This document shows, piece after piece, positions 34,810-45,581 of a stretch of 64,000 bases of DNA. Under the pieces are notes generated by a model. That model was given only the letters and a program-made list of their open reading frames with translations, was not told the origin of the DNA and searched no databases. The stretch's first letter is position 1. Each line of letters begins with the position of its first letter. This DNA comes from an uncultured cyanobacterium. Lineage in GTDB: Bacteria > Cyanobacteriota > Cyanobacteriia > Cyanobacteriales > Cyanobacteriaceae. The stretch covers positions 64,001-128,000 of the forward strand of contig CAVQBA010000006.1 in assembly GCA_963710605.1 (NCBI GenBank), read 5' to 3'. Both the position numbers and the translations under genes were made by a program.

Positions 34810-35258
34810 GACATTCAAGCCTATGATGAAGTAAAAGAAAGAAAAGAAGATAGTTTTGTTAGTTATATAGTCGATTGAATTTTTATTAATCAAGAAAATC
34901 CGATTAAAGTTTATCGAGAATATCGTAATTTAACTCAGTTAGAGTTAGTGAATAAGGCTAATATTAGTCTTAAAAAGTTAGAACAAATTGAGAGTAATAT
35001 TGACTTAGCTGATAAAGATGATTTAGAAACGATTGTTAAAGTCTTAAATATTGATTTAGATATGATTGGCTAACTGTAATTCGTGGTGAGATTTCAATTA
35101 AGTCTTTCCAACGGGCAGGAAATCGATCGAATTCTTGATTAATAAACCAAAACCAAATATGAGTGTCAAGAATAATCATTTCAAACATTCCCAATTATCT
35201 TCATCAATAATTGGATTTACTATATCTCCTAAAGTTTTACCTTTACCTGCAATATTTT
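34810..35258. repeat. ~450-bp diverged direct duplicate of 34168-34616
   Basis: Constant 642-bp offset; covers the antitoxin C-half, the vapC remnant and the 3' end of the second antitoxin. Confidence 0.92.
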
Positions 35259-35489
35259 CTTTCAGGCGGTATTCGACGTGATTGAGAAAGACAAGACTTT
35301 ATGGCATTTTGGTTATATATATTGACAACGATCAAACTTTTATTGTTAAATTAATTTTGATCAAAATAACCTCTCTATCTAGTTATCATTTAGTAACAAG
35401 TATCTCAAAATCAAATCAACAAATTTTATAATCATCATTAATGTAAGAACTCATTTTTGAGACTTAAATTAATCATCAAAATTATTACC

Positions 35490-36879
35490 ATGAGTATTCA
35501 CAATATAAAACGCTTTTCAATATATGGACTTTTTGGGATCAATGATGTTCATATTCCTTTTAATGAAAATATTAAAATTTTAATAGGAGAAAATGGTTTA
35601 GGAAAAACTCAAGTATTAAATATTTTTTACTATACTTTAATAACAAATTTTTCTAAACTAAGTGAATTTTCTTTTGAAAAAATAGAACTTATACTATATC
35701 CTAATAACAAATTAATAACAATTAGTAAAAAAGAATGTCAAGAATATGTAGAAAATTATTATGAAGATCTTACTCTTAAAAAACTTGTTACTTTAATAGG
35801 ATTTGAGGCAACTGAAAAATTAATAAAAAAAGTACGTTACCGCAGTATTATTGAAACTAGACATTTTATCAAAAATAATCCACAATATAATCAAATTAAT
35901 CAAATAGCTCCAGTAGAATATATATTTAATTTACTACGAGAAGAAAGTAGTATAAATAAGCAACAAATAAAAAAAACACAGCATTTTATTTCAAATGATT
36001 TTGCCAATAAGGTTAGTGAAATTAAACAAAATTTTCCAGAAAATACGATTTTATACTTTCCGACATTTAGAAGAGTGGAAGAAGATTTATATAATTTAGG
36101 ATACGATGACGAAGACTTTTTTATTAACACAAAAGATATTCGTTTAATTAATTTCGGAATGGATGATGTGCAAAAACGTTTTGATGCTATTGAGAAAAAA
36201 ATAGATTTACTTTTGAAAGAAGGATTTAGCCAAATTACTAGTGAAATTTTAAGTAAATTAGTAAAGGGTTTTGGAGAAACAAATAAAAATATATTAGATG
36301 GAATCAGTGAAGCTGATATTGATATTATTTTGGCGAGAGTTGGAAATCAAATTCCCGAAACAGATAAATCAAGAATTAGAGATATTGTTTTTAACAAAAA
36401 AATTTCTGACGCAGATAACTCCTTGTTTTATTTTATTCAAATTTTGATAAATATATATGAAAAACAAAAAGAGTTAGATAGTTTGATTAATAGATTTCAA
36501 GAAGTATGTAATGAATATTTAATCGGAAAACAAGTGTCTTATGATGAAAGTAATATCAAAATATATATAGAATCTGATAATAGCAACGAACTTTTAACTT
36601 TAAATCAATTATCATCAGGAGAAAAACAAATTATTTCTATTTTTTCTACTATTTATCTTTCTGAAGAAAATGATAAATTTATTGTTTTATTTGATGAGCC
36701 AGAATTATCGTTATCTATGACTTGGCAAAAAAAATTATTACCTGATATAGTTAATTCAGGAAAATGTGATATTTCTTTTAGCTGTAACTCATTCACCCTT
36801 TATTTTTGATAATGAGTTAGATAAATATGCTATTGGTTTAAATGAATATGTTCAACCTTCAAAACTTGTATTATCTTAA
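35490..36879 (+). CDS. ariA: ABC/AAA_15-type ATPase, PARIS AriA-like (+1 frameshift at ~36771)
   Basis: GENGLGKT Walker A; YFPTFR; LSSGEKQ signature; FDEPELSL Walker B; the H-loop VTHSPFIF appears in the shifted frame ending at TAA 36879. Confidence 0.8.
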
Positions 36880-36882
36880 TAA

Positions 36883-37796
36883 ATGTCATATCTAGACGAA
36901 CTAAGAAAAGGTAGAAGTAAAGCTCAAGTTGCCTATCAAGATTTCATACTTCATACAAGAGCAAATAAAGATGGTTTGTTTTGTTTTTTTGAAGGTAAAG
37001 ATAACGTTTATTATATACCCAGAATAAAAAGATTTACTAACAAATATCATTCTATTCATTGTGGTGGAAGAGAGAAAGTTTTAAAGGTATATGAATTGAT
37101 TAATCATCATCGAGAATACGATAAATATAAGAAAGCATTTTTGATCGATCGAGATTTTAATTCTCCTTTATCACCTCCCAATCCAGATATTTTTGAAACA
37201 CCTTGTTATTCTATCGAAAATTTTTATGTTTCTGTTAATGTTTTTCAAGAAATTATTAAAAATTACTTTTATTTATCAGAAATTAGTCAAGAATTTGAAA
37301 TTTGCCTTCAATTATTCAAAGAAAGACAAAAAGAATTTCATCAAGCTGTTATTTTATTTAACGCTTGGTATGCGTGCTTGATAGATAAAAAAAAGAAACA
37401 GGATTACAAACGGGTGTTAATTTATGCGATAAATTACCGAAAGGATTTGTTGAGTTTAAATTAGAGAAAATAACTCAAAAATATAATATTGAAACGATAA
37501 ACAATCAATTTACTAACGCATTAGAAATTTCAGAAGATATTCTGCAAGAAAAAATTAATAAATTTACATCTTGCGAGCAAAGTAAAGTCTTTAGAGGTAA
37601 ATATGAAATGGAATTTATGTTAAAAATTATTGAGTTGATTTTACAAGATTCTTTAAAAAACAAGAAATATATAAAATGTAAAATAAAATCTCTATTTGCT
37701 GATAAAATAAGTAATGAACAAGCGTTAACTATTTTTTCGGATTGTGCTGAAACACCTAAAGTTCTTGAAGAGTATTTAACTACGATTATAAAATAG
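36883..37796 (+). CDS. ariB: DUF4435/TOPRIM-like nuclease, PARIS AriB-like (frameshift in the A-run 37387-37394)
   Basis: FFEGKD, CGGREKV, IDRDF (DxD) and YSIEN motifs; FRGKYEMEF after the frameshift; starts 3 nt after the ATPase. Confidence 0.78.
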
Positions 37797-38001
37797 TTGT
37801 CTAGAACTTAAGTTTAAGATAATTGTATCAATCTGTTCATTTCTATACTAGTGAATATTTTTACTTAATTTTGAATACGTTTAAGAAGAATTTGATCGTA
37901 ATAAATAGATAAATTAACACAATAAAACCTATTATTGATTACATGATTATATAATCGTTTTTGTTATTATAAAATTGAGATAATTGCTATAAAAAAATAA
38001 C

Positions 38002-38283
38002 GTGATTAAATCTTTTAAAAATAAAGAAACAGAGAAAATCTTTAATCGAAAGCGATCGTCCAAATTACCATCAGATATACAACAAATAGCCTTACGTAAG
38101 TTAAGAATAATTAACAGAGTACAAAATCTTCAAGAGTTAAAAATACCTCCTGCTAACCGTTTAGAAAAACTAAAAGGAGAAAGATTCGGTCAATATAGTA
38201 TTAGAATAAACAATCAATGGAGAATCTGTTTTGAATGGCAAGATGATAATGCCTTTAATGTCGAAATAGTAGATTATCACTAA
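38002..38283 (+). CDS. higB: HigB (RelE-like, killer) toxin
   Basis: PPANRLEKLKG..QYSIRINNQWRICF..VEIVDYH. Confidence 0.93.
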   Translation: MIKSFKNKETEKIFNRKRSSKLPSDIQQIALRKLRIINRVQNLQELKIPPANRLEKLKGERFGQYSIRINNQWRICFEWQDDNAFNVEIVDYH

Positions 38284-38289
38284 AAAATT

Positions 38290-38583
38290 ATGACATCAGA
38301 AAAATTACAACCAATTCACCCAGGAGAAATTCTTTTAGAAGAGTTTTTAAAACCTTTACAAATAAGTACCGAAAATCTCGCTCAAGAATTAAAAGTTTCT
38401 CCAGAAATTATTCATAATATAATTGAGAAAAAACAATCTATTACTGCTGATATTGCTTTGCGTTTAGCCCGTTACTTTCAAATTTCACCACAATTTTGGC
38501 TGGGTTTACAAATTGATTATGATTTAGATTTCGCCGAAGATAATTTTGGAAAACAAATTGAGCAAGAAGTTATGGCATTATAA
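38290..38583 (+). CDS. higA: HigA antitoxin (XRE HTH)
   Basis: PIHPGEILLEEFL and ALRLARYF..FWLGLQ motifs. Confidence 0.93.
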   Translation: MTSEKLQPIHPGEILLEEFLKPLQISTENLAQELKVSPEIIHNIIEKKQSITADIALRLARYFQISPQFWLGLQIDYDLDFAEDNFGKQIEQEVMAL

Positions 38584-38643
38584 TTAGACATTTTGATAAT
38601 CAATATTTTGTTTTGTTTCCGTAAAAATTAAGTAATAAAGTGA

Positions 38644-38754
38644 TATAGCGTTTCCCATACTTGTGAAGTACAGTTAGCGATTCGACAAGTCCCCCTTTGG
38701 CAAGGGGGATTTAGGGGGATTTATATGTACCTCGTAATGGTGATAATTGCTATA
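38644..38754. mobile_element. MITE-like element, family A (inverted orientation)
   Basis: The right end is nearly the reverse complement of the 6520/8205 left end; internal CCCCCTTTGGCAAGGGGGATTTAGGGGGAT. Confidence 0.75.
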
Positions 38755-38823
38755 TTACGATCGTTAAAGTCTTAAATCTTGATTTAGAGATGATTCTATT
38801 ACAGTTATATATCTGATGGTTAA

Positions 38824-38891
38824 TCATTGTTATCGAGCATAATTTAGATGTAATAAAGTGTGCTTATAGGATTATTAATTTGAGTTTAGAA
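38824..38891 (+). repeat. Degenerate copy of the uvrA 3' region
   Basis: 38831-38891 matches 33601-33661 at 50 of 61 positions by manual alignment ([11 protein letters not shown]). Confidence 0.85.
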
Positions 38892-40053
38892 TGAAAAAAA
38901 AGAAAGCAACTAAAGATTATTTTCCTTTCAAAAGTATAATATGTCTCCATACAATTATCGACTACAGTGTTGGAAGTAGTTATAGTTCTTCTCAGTGGAA
39001 AGAATATAGAGAAAAAAGCCAAAGTTTTCATTTCCCTTCGATTTTTCACCCTGCTTATTTTGGTATATCTAATCATAATCACAGATTAGTTTGTTATTGG
39101 GATTTAGGTTATAAAACCTCATGGATTAATACTCGGTATTTGTGTTCATCGGAATGGGAACAAGCTTTTGAATTAAATCAAGCTCATGATTTTGGACTTA
39201 TAAAAGAAGGAAAAATAGGTGTTTTTAACTATCAAGATAGTTTTTTGGAAATTAAATATTGAGACTGAGGTATATCATCAAGAAGGATATTTAGGAAGTT
39301 GTGGTAAGAATATTATTTGTCCTTATGAATTTACTATTGTATCTGTTTTTGAATGACAAGAAGAAGATTGGGAAAATCTAGCTAATATTGATACTCGTCA
39401 ATTTATTGTTTGGAATAGTGAAACTAATTTTAAATATTTTAAATACGAATATTATCGAAATCCTGTATTTGATGAAGCAAATCCTTTATATAAATTAAGC
39501 AATCATCCATCTTGTTTTGTTTTTACTCCTGATGCTCAATTTTTAGTTGTTTGCTATGAATGTAGAAATGATGATTCTTATCAATCAATTATTGATAAAT
39601 CTCTTATACAAATTTGGCAGATAGAATCGGGTGAATTAGTAAAAACGATCGATAATCTTCCTTTATTAACGATCGATTCTTTAGCAATTAACGAAAACGA
39701 AGAAATCATCGCTTCAGGTGTTAGAGAAGATAAAGTCTGCGTTTGGAATCTTGCCCATGACTCTATTATTAAAAGTTTTGAGAGTGTCTCCCCTACTCTT
39801 TTAACATCAGACGGAAGAGTTTTAATTTACTGTAATCAAGAGAATGAAATTGTCGTGTGGGATTTAGAAAAAAGACGATGAATTACGAAGATTAAAAGGT
39901 CATACATCCACAATTATATATTTAAAGATGAGTAACGTTCGGCAAAGCCGCACCTTCGGTGAGCGAGATTTTATAGTTAGTTATAGTATCGATACGGAAA
40001 TTAGAATTTGGGGTTTGTCGAAAAATAAGAGACGAAAGAGAAAAAAGAAATAG
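38891..40053 (+). pseudogene. WD40-repeat protein pseudogene
   Basis: Fragments FVFTPDAQFLV, IQIWQIESGELVKTI, VCVWNL, IVVWDLE, LKGHTS and IRIWG, interrupted by several stops and frameshifts. Confidence 0.75.
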
Positions 40054-40148
40054 TTGAATATTTTTGATTGAAGATATCAAAGACAAATAGATAAAACTAG
40101 ATAAAAGTTAGGTAGTCAGATTGATATTATTGAGCTACAATATAGTTG

Positions 40149-40164
40149 GTTGTCGATCGACAAC
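40149..40164. promoter_or_regulatory. Perfect 16-bp palindrome (candidate operator) just downstream of a sigma70-like promoter
   Basis: GTTGTCGATCGACAAC; TACAAT at 40136-40141 and TAGTCA at 40113-40118 (17-bp spacer). Confidence 0.6.
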
Positions 40165-40184
40165 TCGTACTTTAACGGTATTTT

Positions 40185-40433
40185 ATGGCAGAAAAACATC
40201 CTAAGAAGGAAATTCGTGAGGCGATTGATTATGCACAAAAACATGATTGGACGATCGAAAAATCAAACTCTCATGCACATATTTGGGGAAAGATGCTTTG
40301 TAAATATAATGATTCCTCTTGTAGATGTGGAAAGCATTGTATAACAAGTATTTCTTCTACTCCTCCTAATCCGTCAAATCATGCAAGAAAACTGAAAAGG
40401 ATTGTGAGAAACTGTACACATTTTGACTCATAA
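40185..40433 (+). CDS. Small Cys/His-rich protein, HicA-like putative toxin
   Basis: HPKKEIREAIDYAQKHDWTIEKSNSHAHIWG..C..CRCG..C..STP.NP.NH; basic, 82 aa. Confidence 0.7.
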   Translation: MAEKHPKKEIREAIDYAQKHDWTIEKSNSHAHIWGKMLCKYNDSSCRCGKHCITSISSTPPNPSNHARKLKRIVRNCTHFDS

Positions 40434-40547
40434 AGTCACTTAAAACAGTATAAGTTCATTTGTCAAATAGAGTGGATTAATTTCCGCTCTTTTAATAAAA
40501 ATTATTTTCTTGATGTACAAATAAATTAAATTATCAAGATATCAATT

Positions 40548-41072
40548 ATGAAAGAATACGATTTCGCTTTAAATTTCAAATTTTCTAACCCAGAAATAAA
40601 TCCAGAAATTTATTTAGATGCACTTTACGAAGCGGGTTTAAGTGATGCTGTATTTGGTATCGGAGAAAAAGGTGGTATATCTGTTGATATTATCCGAGAA
40701 TCTGAATCTGCATATGATGCTATTTATAGTGCAATTGAACAAGTAAAATCAGTTATTCCTGATGCCAATTTAACTCATGTATCTCCTGATATAGTTGGAG
40801 TAAGAGATTTAGCAGAAATATTTGAATGTACTAGACAAAATATTCAAAAATTTGTCTCAAAAAGAGATTTTCCTGAACCATTATATAAAAATTCTCAAGC
40901 TATTTGGTATTTAAGAACTGTTTTAAGATGGTTTACTCAAAACTCTGACAAAAAAATAAATCAAGAAATGATAGATGTAGCTGAATTAGCTAGAGAAATT
41001 AATTTATCTTTAGAAAAAAAATTATCAAATCCCGAATTATCCGATTCAGCAGAACAATTAGTTATAATTTAA
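40548..41072 (+). CDS. Putative antitoxin/DNA-binding protein (HicB-like N-domain plus AlpA-like HTH)
   Basis: Acidic N-domain (RESESAYDAIYSAIEQV) followed by DIVGVRDLAEIFECTRQNIQK..FPEP..W (HTH). Confidence 0.7.
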   Translation: MKEYDFALNFKFSNPEINPEIYLDALYEAGLSDAVFGIGEKGGISVDIIRESESAYDAIYSAIEQVKSVIPDANLTHVSPDIVGVRDLAEIFECTRQNIQKFVSKRDFPEPLYKNSQAIWYLRTVLRWFTQNSDKKINQEMIDVAELAREINLSLEKKLSNPELSDSAEQLVII

Positions 41073-41372
41073 TTTTTAATTGAAGCAATAGATTTATATT
41101 TACAATCTGATAAAAAGTATAATCTGTTAAGAAAGTATTTGAACAATTTATTCAAATAGTCAATTAATTTACTGTTCGTACAACCAATTTATTGGATGAC
41201 AGGATATTCAAAATCGAATAATTATCGAATCGTAAAAATAGGTGACTTTTATCAAATAATTTAGATAATTTTACCGTTCACCAACTTATTAACGATCGAA
41301 AAAAATCTTGTAAATCAATCAATCTTGTCAAATCTTGATACTAACATGAAAAAATAAAATAACAATACTAAC

Positions 41373-43885
41373 TTATAAAGTCTGTTGACGAATAATAAAA
41401 TTTTGCACCTTATCTCGATATATTTGTAAATGATTTTCTGCCCATTCACGACTATCACTATTGGCATAGATATGTACTAATGGTTCTCCGGCATCGGGTA
41501 AAATTGAAATCCAGTTATCAGTATGATTTTCGTTTATTTTAACGCCGTCGATTAATTCTAAATTTTCAGGTGATTCAGTTTCTACCATATGTCTCATCAA
41601 AGCCCCTTTCACCTTCCATGGGCAACGTACAGAAAATGATTTGTAGTAAACAAGAGGTAATTCGCTTCTGACTTGTGCTAATGTTCGCTCTTGAATAGTA
41701 AGCATTTCAATCAATTTAGCGATCGTAAACATGGCATCAAATCCCGGATGTAGTTGCGGAAAGATAAAGCCCATATTGCCACTACCACCTAAAACAACAT
41801 TAGGATTATTTTGGGTTGCTTCCATCAAAGCCGTTGGATTAACTTTAGTTCGAATCACGTTACCATCATGACGACGGGCAATTTGTTCAACAGCAGAGGA
41901 AGTATCAATCGGTACAACTACAGTCAATCGAGGATAAGCTGTTAAGATAGTATTCACCATCAAAGCCGTTAATTCTTGCCCTCTGATATTAATACCAGAT
42001 TCATCAACTAAAACGAGTAACTCACCATTAGCGGATACTTGTACACCAAAACTAGCATTAAGTGCTTCAACTACTTGCCCTAACTGAGACAATAAATCTT
42101 CTTTTTCAATATTAGAAATCGCTCGTTGTCGCAGACTAGCATTTAACACCACCGCATCACAATCAAATTTAGCGAGTAACTGAGGTAAAATTGCACCTGA
42201 AACTGAATAAACATAGTCGATAACAATTTTACTGTTACTATTACGCACAGCTTCTAAATTGATCAGAGTTTCAAATGTTTTACTATAAGCATCTACTACT
42301 TGAGCAGGATAAGCCATATCGCCAATATCCACTCCTTGCACTCTTCTTAAATCTTCTTTGAAATAAGCACCTTCGATTTTTTTCTCTTTGGCTTTAGAAA
42401 TATTAATCCCGTTACGATCGAAAAATTCAATTAACATATAATCATGTCGATCGGGATGAAGCCGAACATGAATACCACCAGCGACACCTAAAGTGGGTGT
42501 CATCGTACGAGAGATAGGAATGGCAGTTGCTTGCAAATTTTGAATTTCGATACCCACAGACATCAAACCAGCGATGATAGAACGACTAACCATTCGTGAT
42601 ACCGTTCTTTGATCTCTAGATACAACTACGCTACTACCGATTTTGATAGTTGAACCATAAGCCGCCCCTAATTTTACGGCAAATTCAGGAGTTATATCAA
42701 TATTAGCTAACCCCGTCACGCCCCTTTGTCCAAAAAGGTTACGATAGGCGATATTCCCCCAAATCAGGTTGATATTAAGAGTTGCACCAGATTCAATTTG
42801 TTTACTGGCAAACTTTTACGCCGATATTAATTTGAGCTTCTTCACCAATGTTACATAATCGCCGAATGACTGCCCCTTCTAAAATATGCGATCGACAATC
42901 GACTCTACTACCACGGGCGATAATACAAGCAGAAAGAGATGTTTCTTCACCAACAATTGCACCATTCCAAATAATTGGACGAGAAAGTTCGGCATCATTG
43001 CCAACAGTTACATTATCACCAATAATTGTCCCACTGAGAATTTTTGCTCTTGCACCGATACGACAGCCATCACCGATAAAAACAGGGCTTTCAACGATCG
43101 CACTAGGATCGATATATGTGTTCTCACCAATCCAAATACCAGGTTGAGTTTCTTTTGAGGTAAATTCTAACTCGACTTTTTTTTCTAATGCGTCGTAATG
43201 AGCTTCACGATAAGTATCTAAATGACCAACATCACACCAATAGCCATCAGCTACATAACCATACATCGGTTCTCCTAATTCGAGTAATAAAGGAAATAAA
43301 TCGTTGGAGAAATCAGATTCTTCGTTTTCAGGTAAATATTTTAAAACTTCAGGCTCAAGGATATAAATACCTGTATTGACTGTATCGGAAAAAATTTCAC
43401 TAGTGGAGGGTTTTTCTAAAAATCTTTGAATTTGATTTTCTTTATTGGTAATGACAACGCCAAATTCGAATCGGGTTTGGTACTCTTTTAAGAATTAAAG
43501 TAGCAGTCGCTTTTTTTTCTCGGTGAAAATCGATCGCTTCTTGTAAATTAAAATCAGTAATACTATCACCGCTAATAACGATAAAAGTATCATCTAAAAC
43601 TTCTTCAATATTTTTTACACATCCTGCCGTACCCAAAGGTTGCTCTTCTTCTACCGCATAAGTAAGATTCACACCAAAATCACTACCGTCATGAAAATAG
43701 TTGCGCATCACATCGGGTAAATAATGTACCGTAGCGATCACCTCAGTAATACCGTATTTTCTCAGTAAATTGATGATATGTTCGGCAATAGGTCGGTTTA
43801 AAACAGGTACCATTGGCTTGGGTAAGTCACAAGTCAAAGGGCGTAATCTTGTCCCCGAACCTCCAGCCATTAAAACAGCACGCAT
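41373..43885 (-). CDS. Mannose-1-phosphate guanylyltransferase / phosphomannomutase fusion, split by two frameshifts (~43470, ~42808)
   Basis: MAGGSGTRLRPLT..PKP, FLEKP, YWCDVG, hexapeptide repeats and a PGM/PMM domain, spread over three consecutive ORFs. Confidence 0.9.
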
Positions 43886-44050
43886 AAAACCTCCTATAAA
43901 AGCAACTTATTTATCTATCAATGTAAACTATTTCTTAAATATCTTCTGTAGATATTGATTTTTCTTAACGTCCGTCTAGCAATGAACAATGGACAATTGA
44001 CAATTGACAATTACCAATAAAATATAGTAAAAACACAATCGTGTTGAATA

Positions 44051-44145
44051 TATAGCAGAAAACTTCTGTAGTTAGGACACAACTTAAAAGAGAAACGATG
44101 ATACTCGATCGGAATTTTATCTTTGTCCGCAAGTCCATTGCTATA
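44051..44145. mobile_element. MITE-like element, family B
   Basis: TATAGCAGAAAACTTCTGTAGTTAGGACA...TGTCCGCAAGTCCATTGCTATA. Confidence 0.55.
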
Positions 44146-44230
44146 CCATCAATAAATACCGTAGGGGCTGAATACTATTCAACCCACATACAATTTGTAA
44201 ACTGTAGCAAAGAGACTTTAAACACACACT

Positions 44231-44284
44231 CCTTACTCCTTACTCCTTACTCCTTACTCCTTACTCCTTACTCATTACTCCTTA
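44231..44284. repeat. Heptamer tandem repeat (TTACTCC)n
   Basis: About 7 copies just past the purB stop. Confidence 0.9.
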
Positions 44285-45581
44285 TCAAATACCTAATTTT
44301 TGAAAAACCACATCCAAATTTTGTAAATGTTCTTTAGGATCAAAACAAGTATTAATTTCGAGTTCTGATAATAACTCTTTTACTTGCTCATTTTCTTCAA
44401 TTAGTTTACGGAAATTGCCATTAGTTGTATTCCATGCTTGATGGGCGCAACCTTGCACTACACTATAAGCTTCTTCCCGACTCATACCTTTACCGACTAA
44501 AGCCAATAATACTTTTTGACTAAATATTACTCCACCATAGACATTCATGTTTCTTTCCATATTGTCTGGATAAACCAACAGATTTTGCACCAAATTAGTG
44601 GTTTCTTTCAGCATAAAATGAATCAAAATGCAAGTATCAGGTAAGATAACTCTTTCGACTGAACTATGAGAAATATCTCTTTCGTGCCACAAAGCGACGT
44701 TTTCTAAAGCGGCGACGGCGTTACCTCTAATAATTCTCGCCATACCCGTAATTCTTTCACTACGAATGGGGTTACGTTTATGGGGCATTGCTGATGAGCC
44801 TTTTTGTTTTTTCAGAGAAATATTCTTCTACTTCTAAAACATCGGTACGTTGCATATTACGCACTTCAACCGCAAATCTTTCTAAGGAGGCGGCGAGTAA
44901 AGCTAATTGTTGCACAAATTCTGCGTGACGATCGCGCGATATTACTTGAGTGGATGCTGTATCTGGTTCTAATCCTAATTTAGAACAAGCGATCAATTCT
45001 ACACGAGGATCAATATTAGCATAAGTACCGACAGCCCCAGAAATTTGCCCGACTGCTATATCTTTACGTAAACGAACTAATCGCTTACGATTACGACGCA
45101 TTTCTGCTAACCAACCTGCTAACTTAAAACCGAAGGTAATTGGTTCTGCATGAATACCATGCGATCGTCCTACCATGATAGTATAACGGTGTTTTTGGGC
45201 TTGATGACGAATAGCTTGAATTGTTTCTTCTACACATTCAAGGATCAAATTTAAACTAGCTACCATCTGTAAAGCAAGGGCTGTATCTAGCATATCAGAG
45301 CTAGTCATGCCTAAATGAATATAACGACCTGCATCTCCTACATATTCATTGACGTTAGTTAAAAAAGCAATTACATCGTGGCGAACTTCTGCTTCTATTT
45401 CTAAAACCCGATTAACGTCAAAATCAGCTTTAGCTTTAATTTCTTCTACTGCTTCGGTGGGAATTTTGCCTAATTCTGCCTGTGCTTCACATACAGCTAT
45501 TTCTACTTCTAACCATGTTTTTAAACGATATTCATCTGTCCAAATCGAACCCATTGCGGGTAAAGTGTAGCGTTCTATCAC
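44285..45581 (-). CDS. purB: Adenylosuccinate lyase, split by a frameshift at ~44810
   Basis: RHDVIAF, GRSHGIHAEP and (KG)SSAMPHKRNP signatures across two ORFs. Confidence 0.95.

Noticed and set aside
34234-39360. In-frame TGA codons as stop-codon reassignment or selenocysteine
   Set aside because: Intact genes end in TGA (pedR, relE, ecfT) and use TGG for Trp; the stops are confined to decaying accessory genes.
44098-44337. ORFs 44098-44337, 54359-54553 and 55815-56012
   Set aside because: They are translations of MITE/REP/heptamer repeats (e.g. LLTPYS repeats), not credible proteins.
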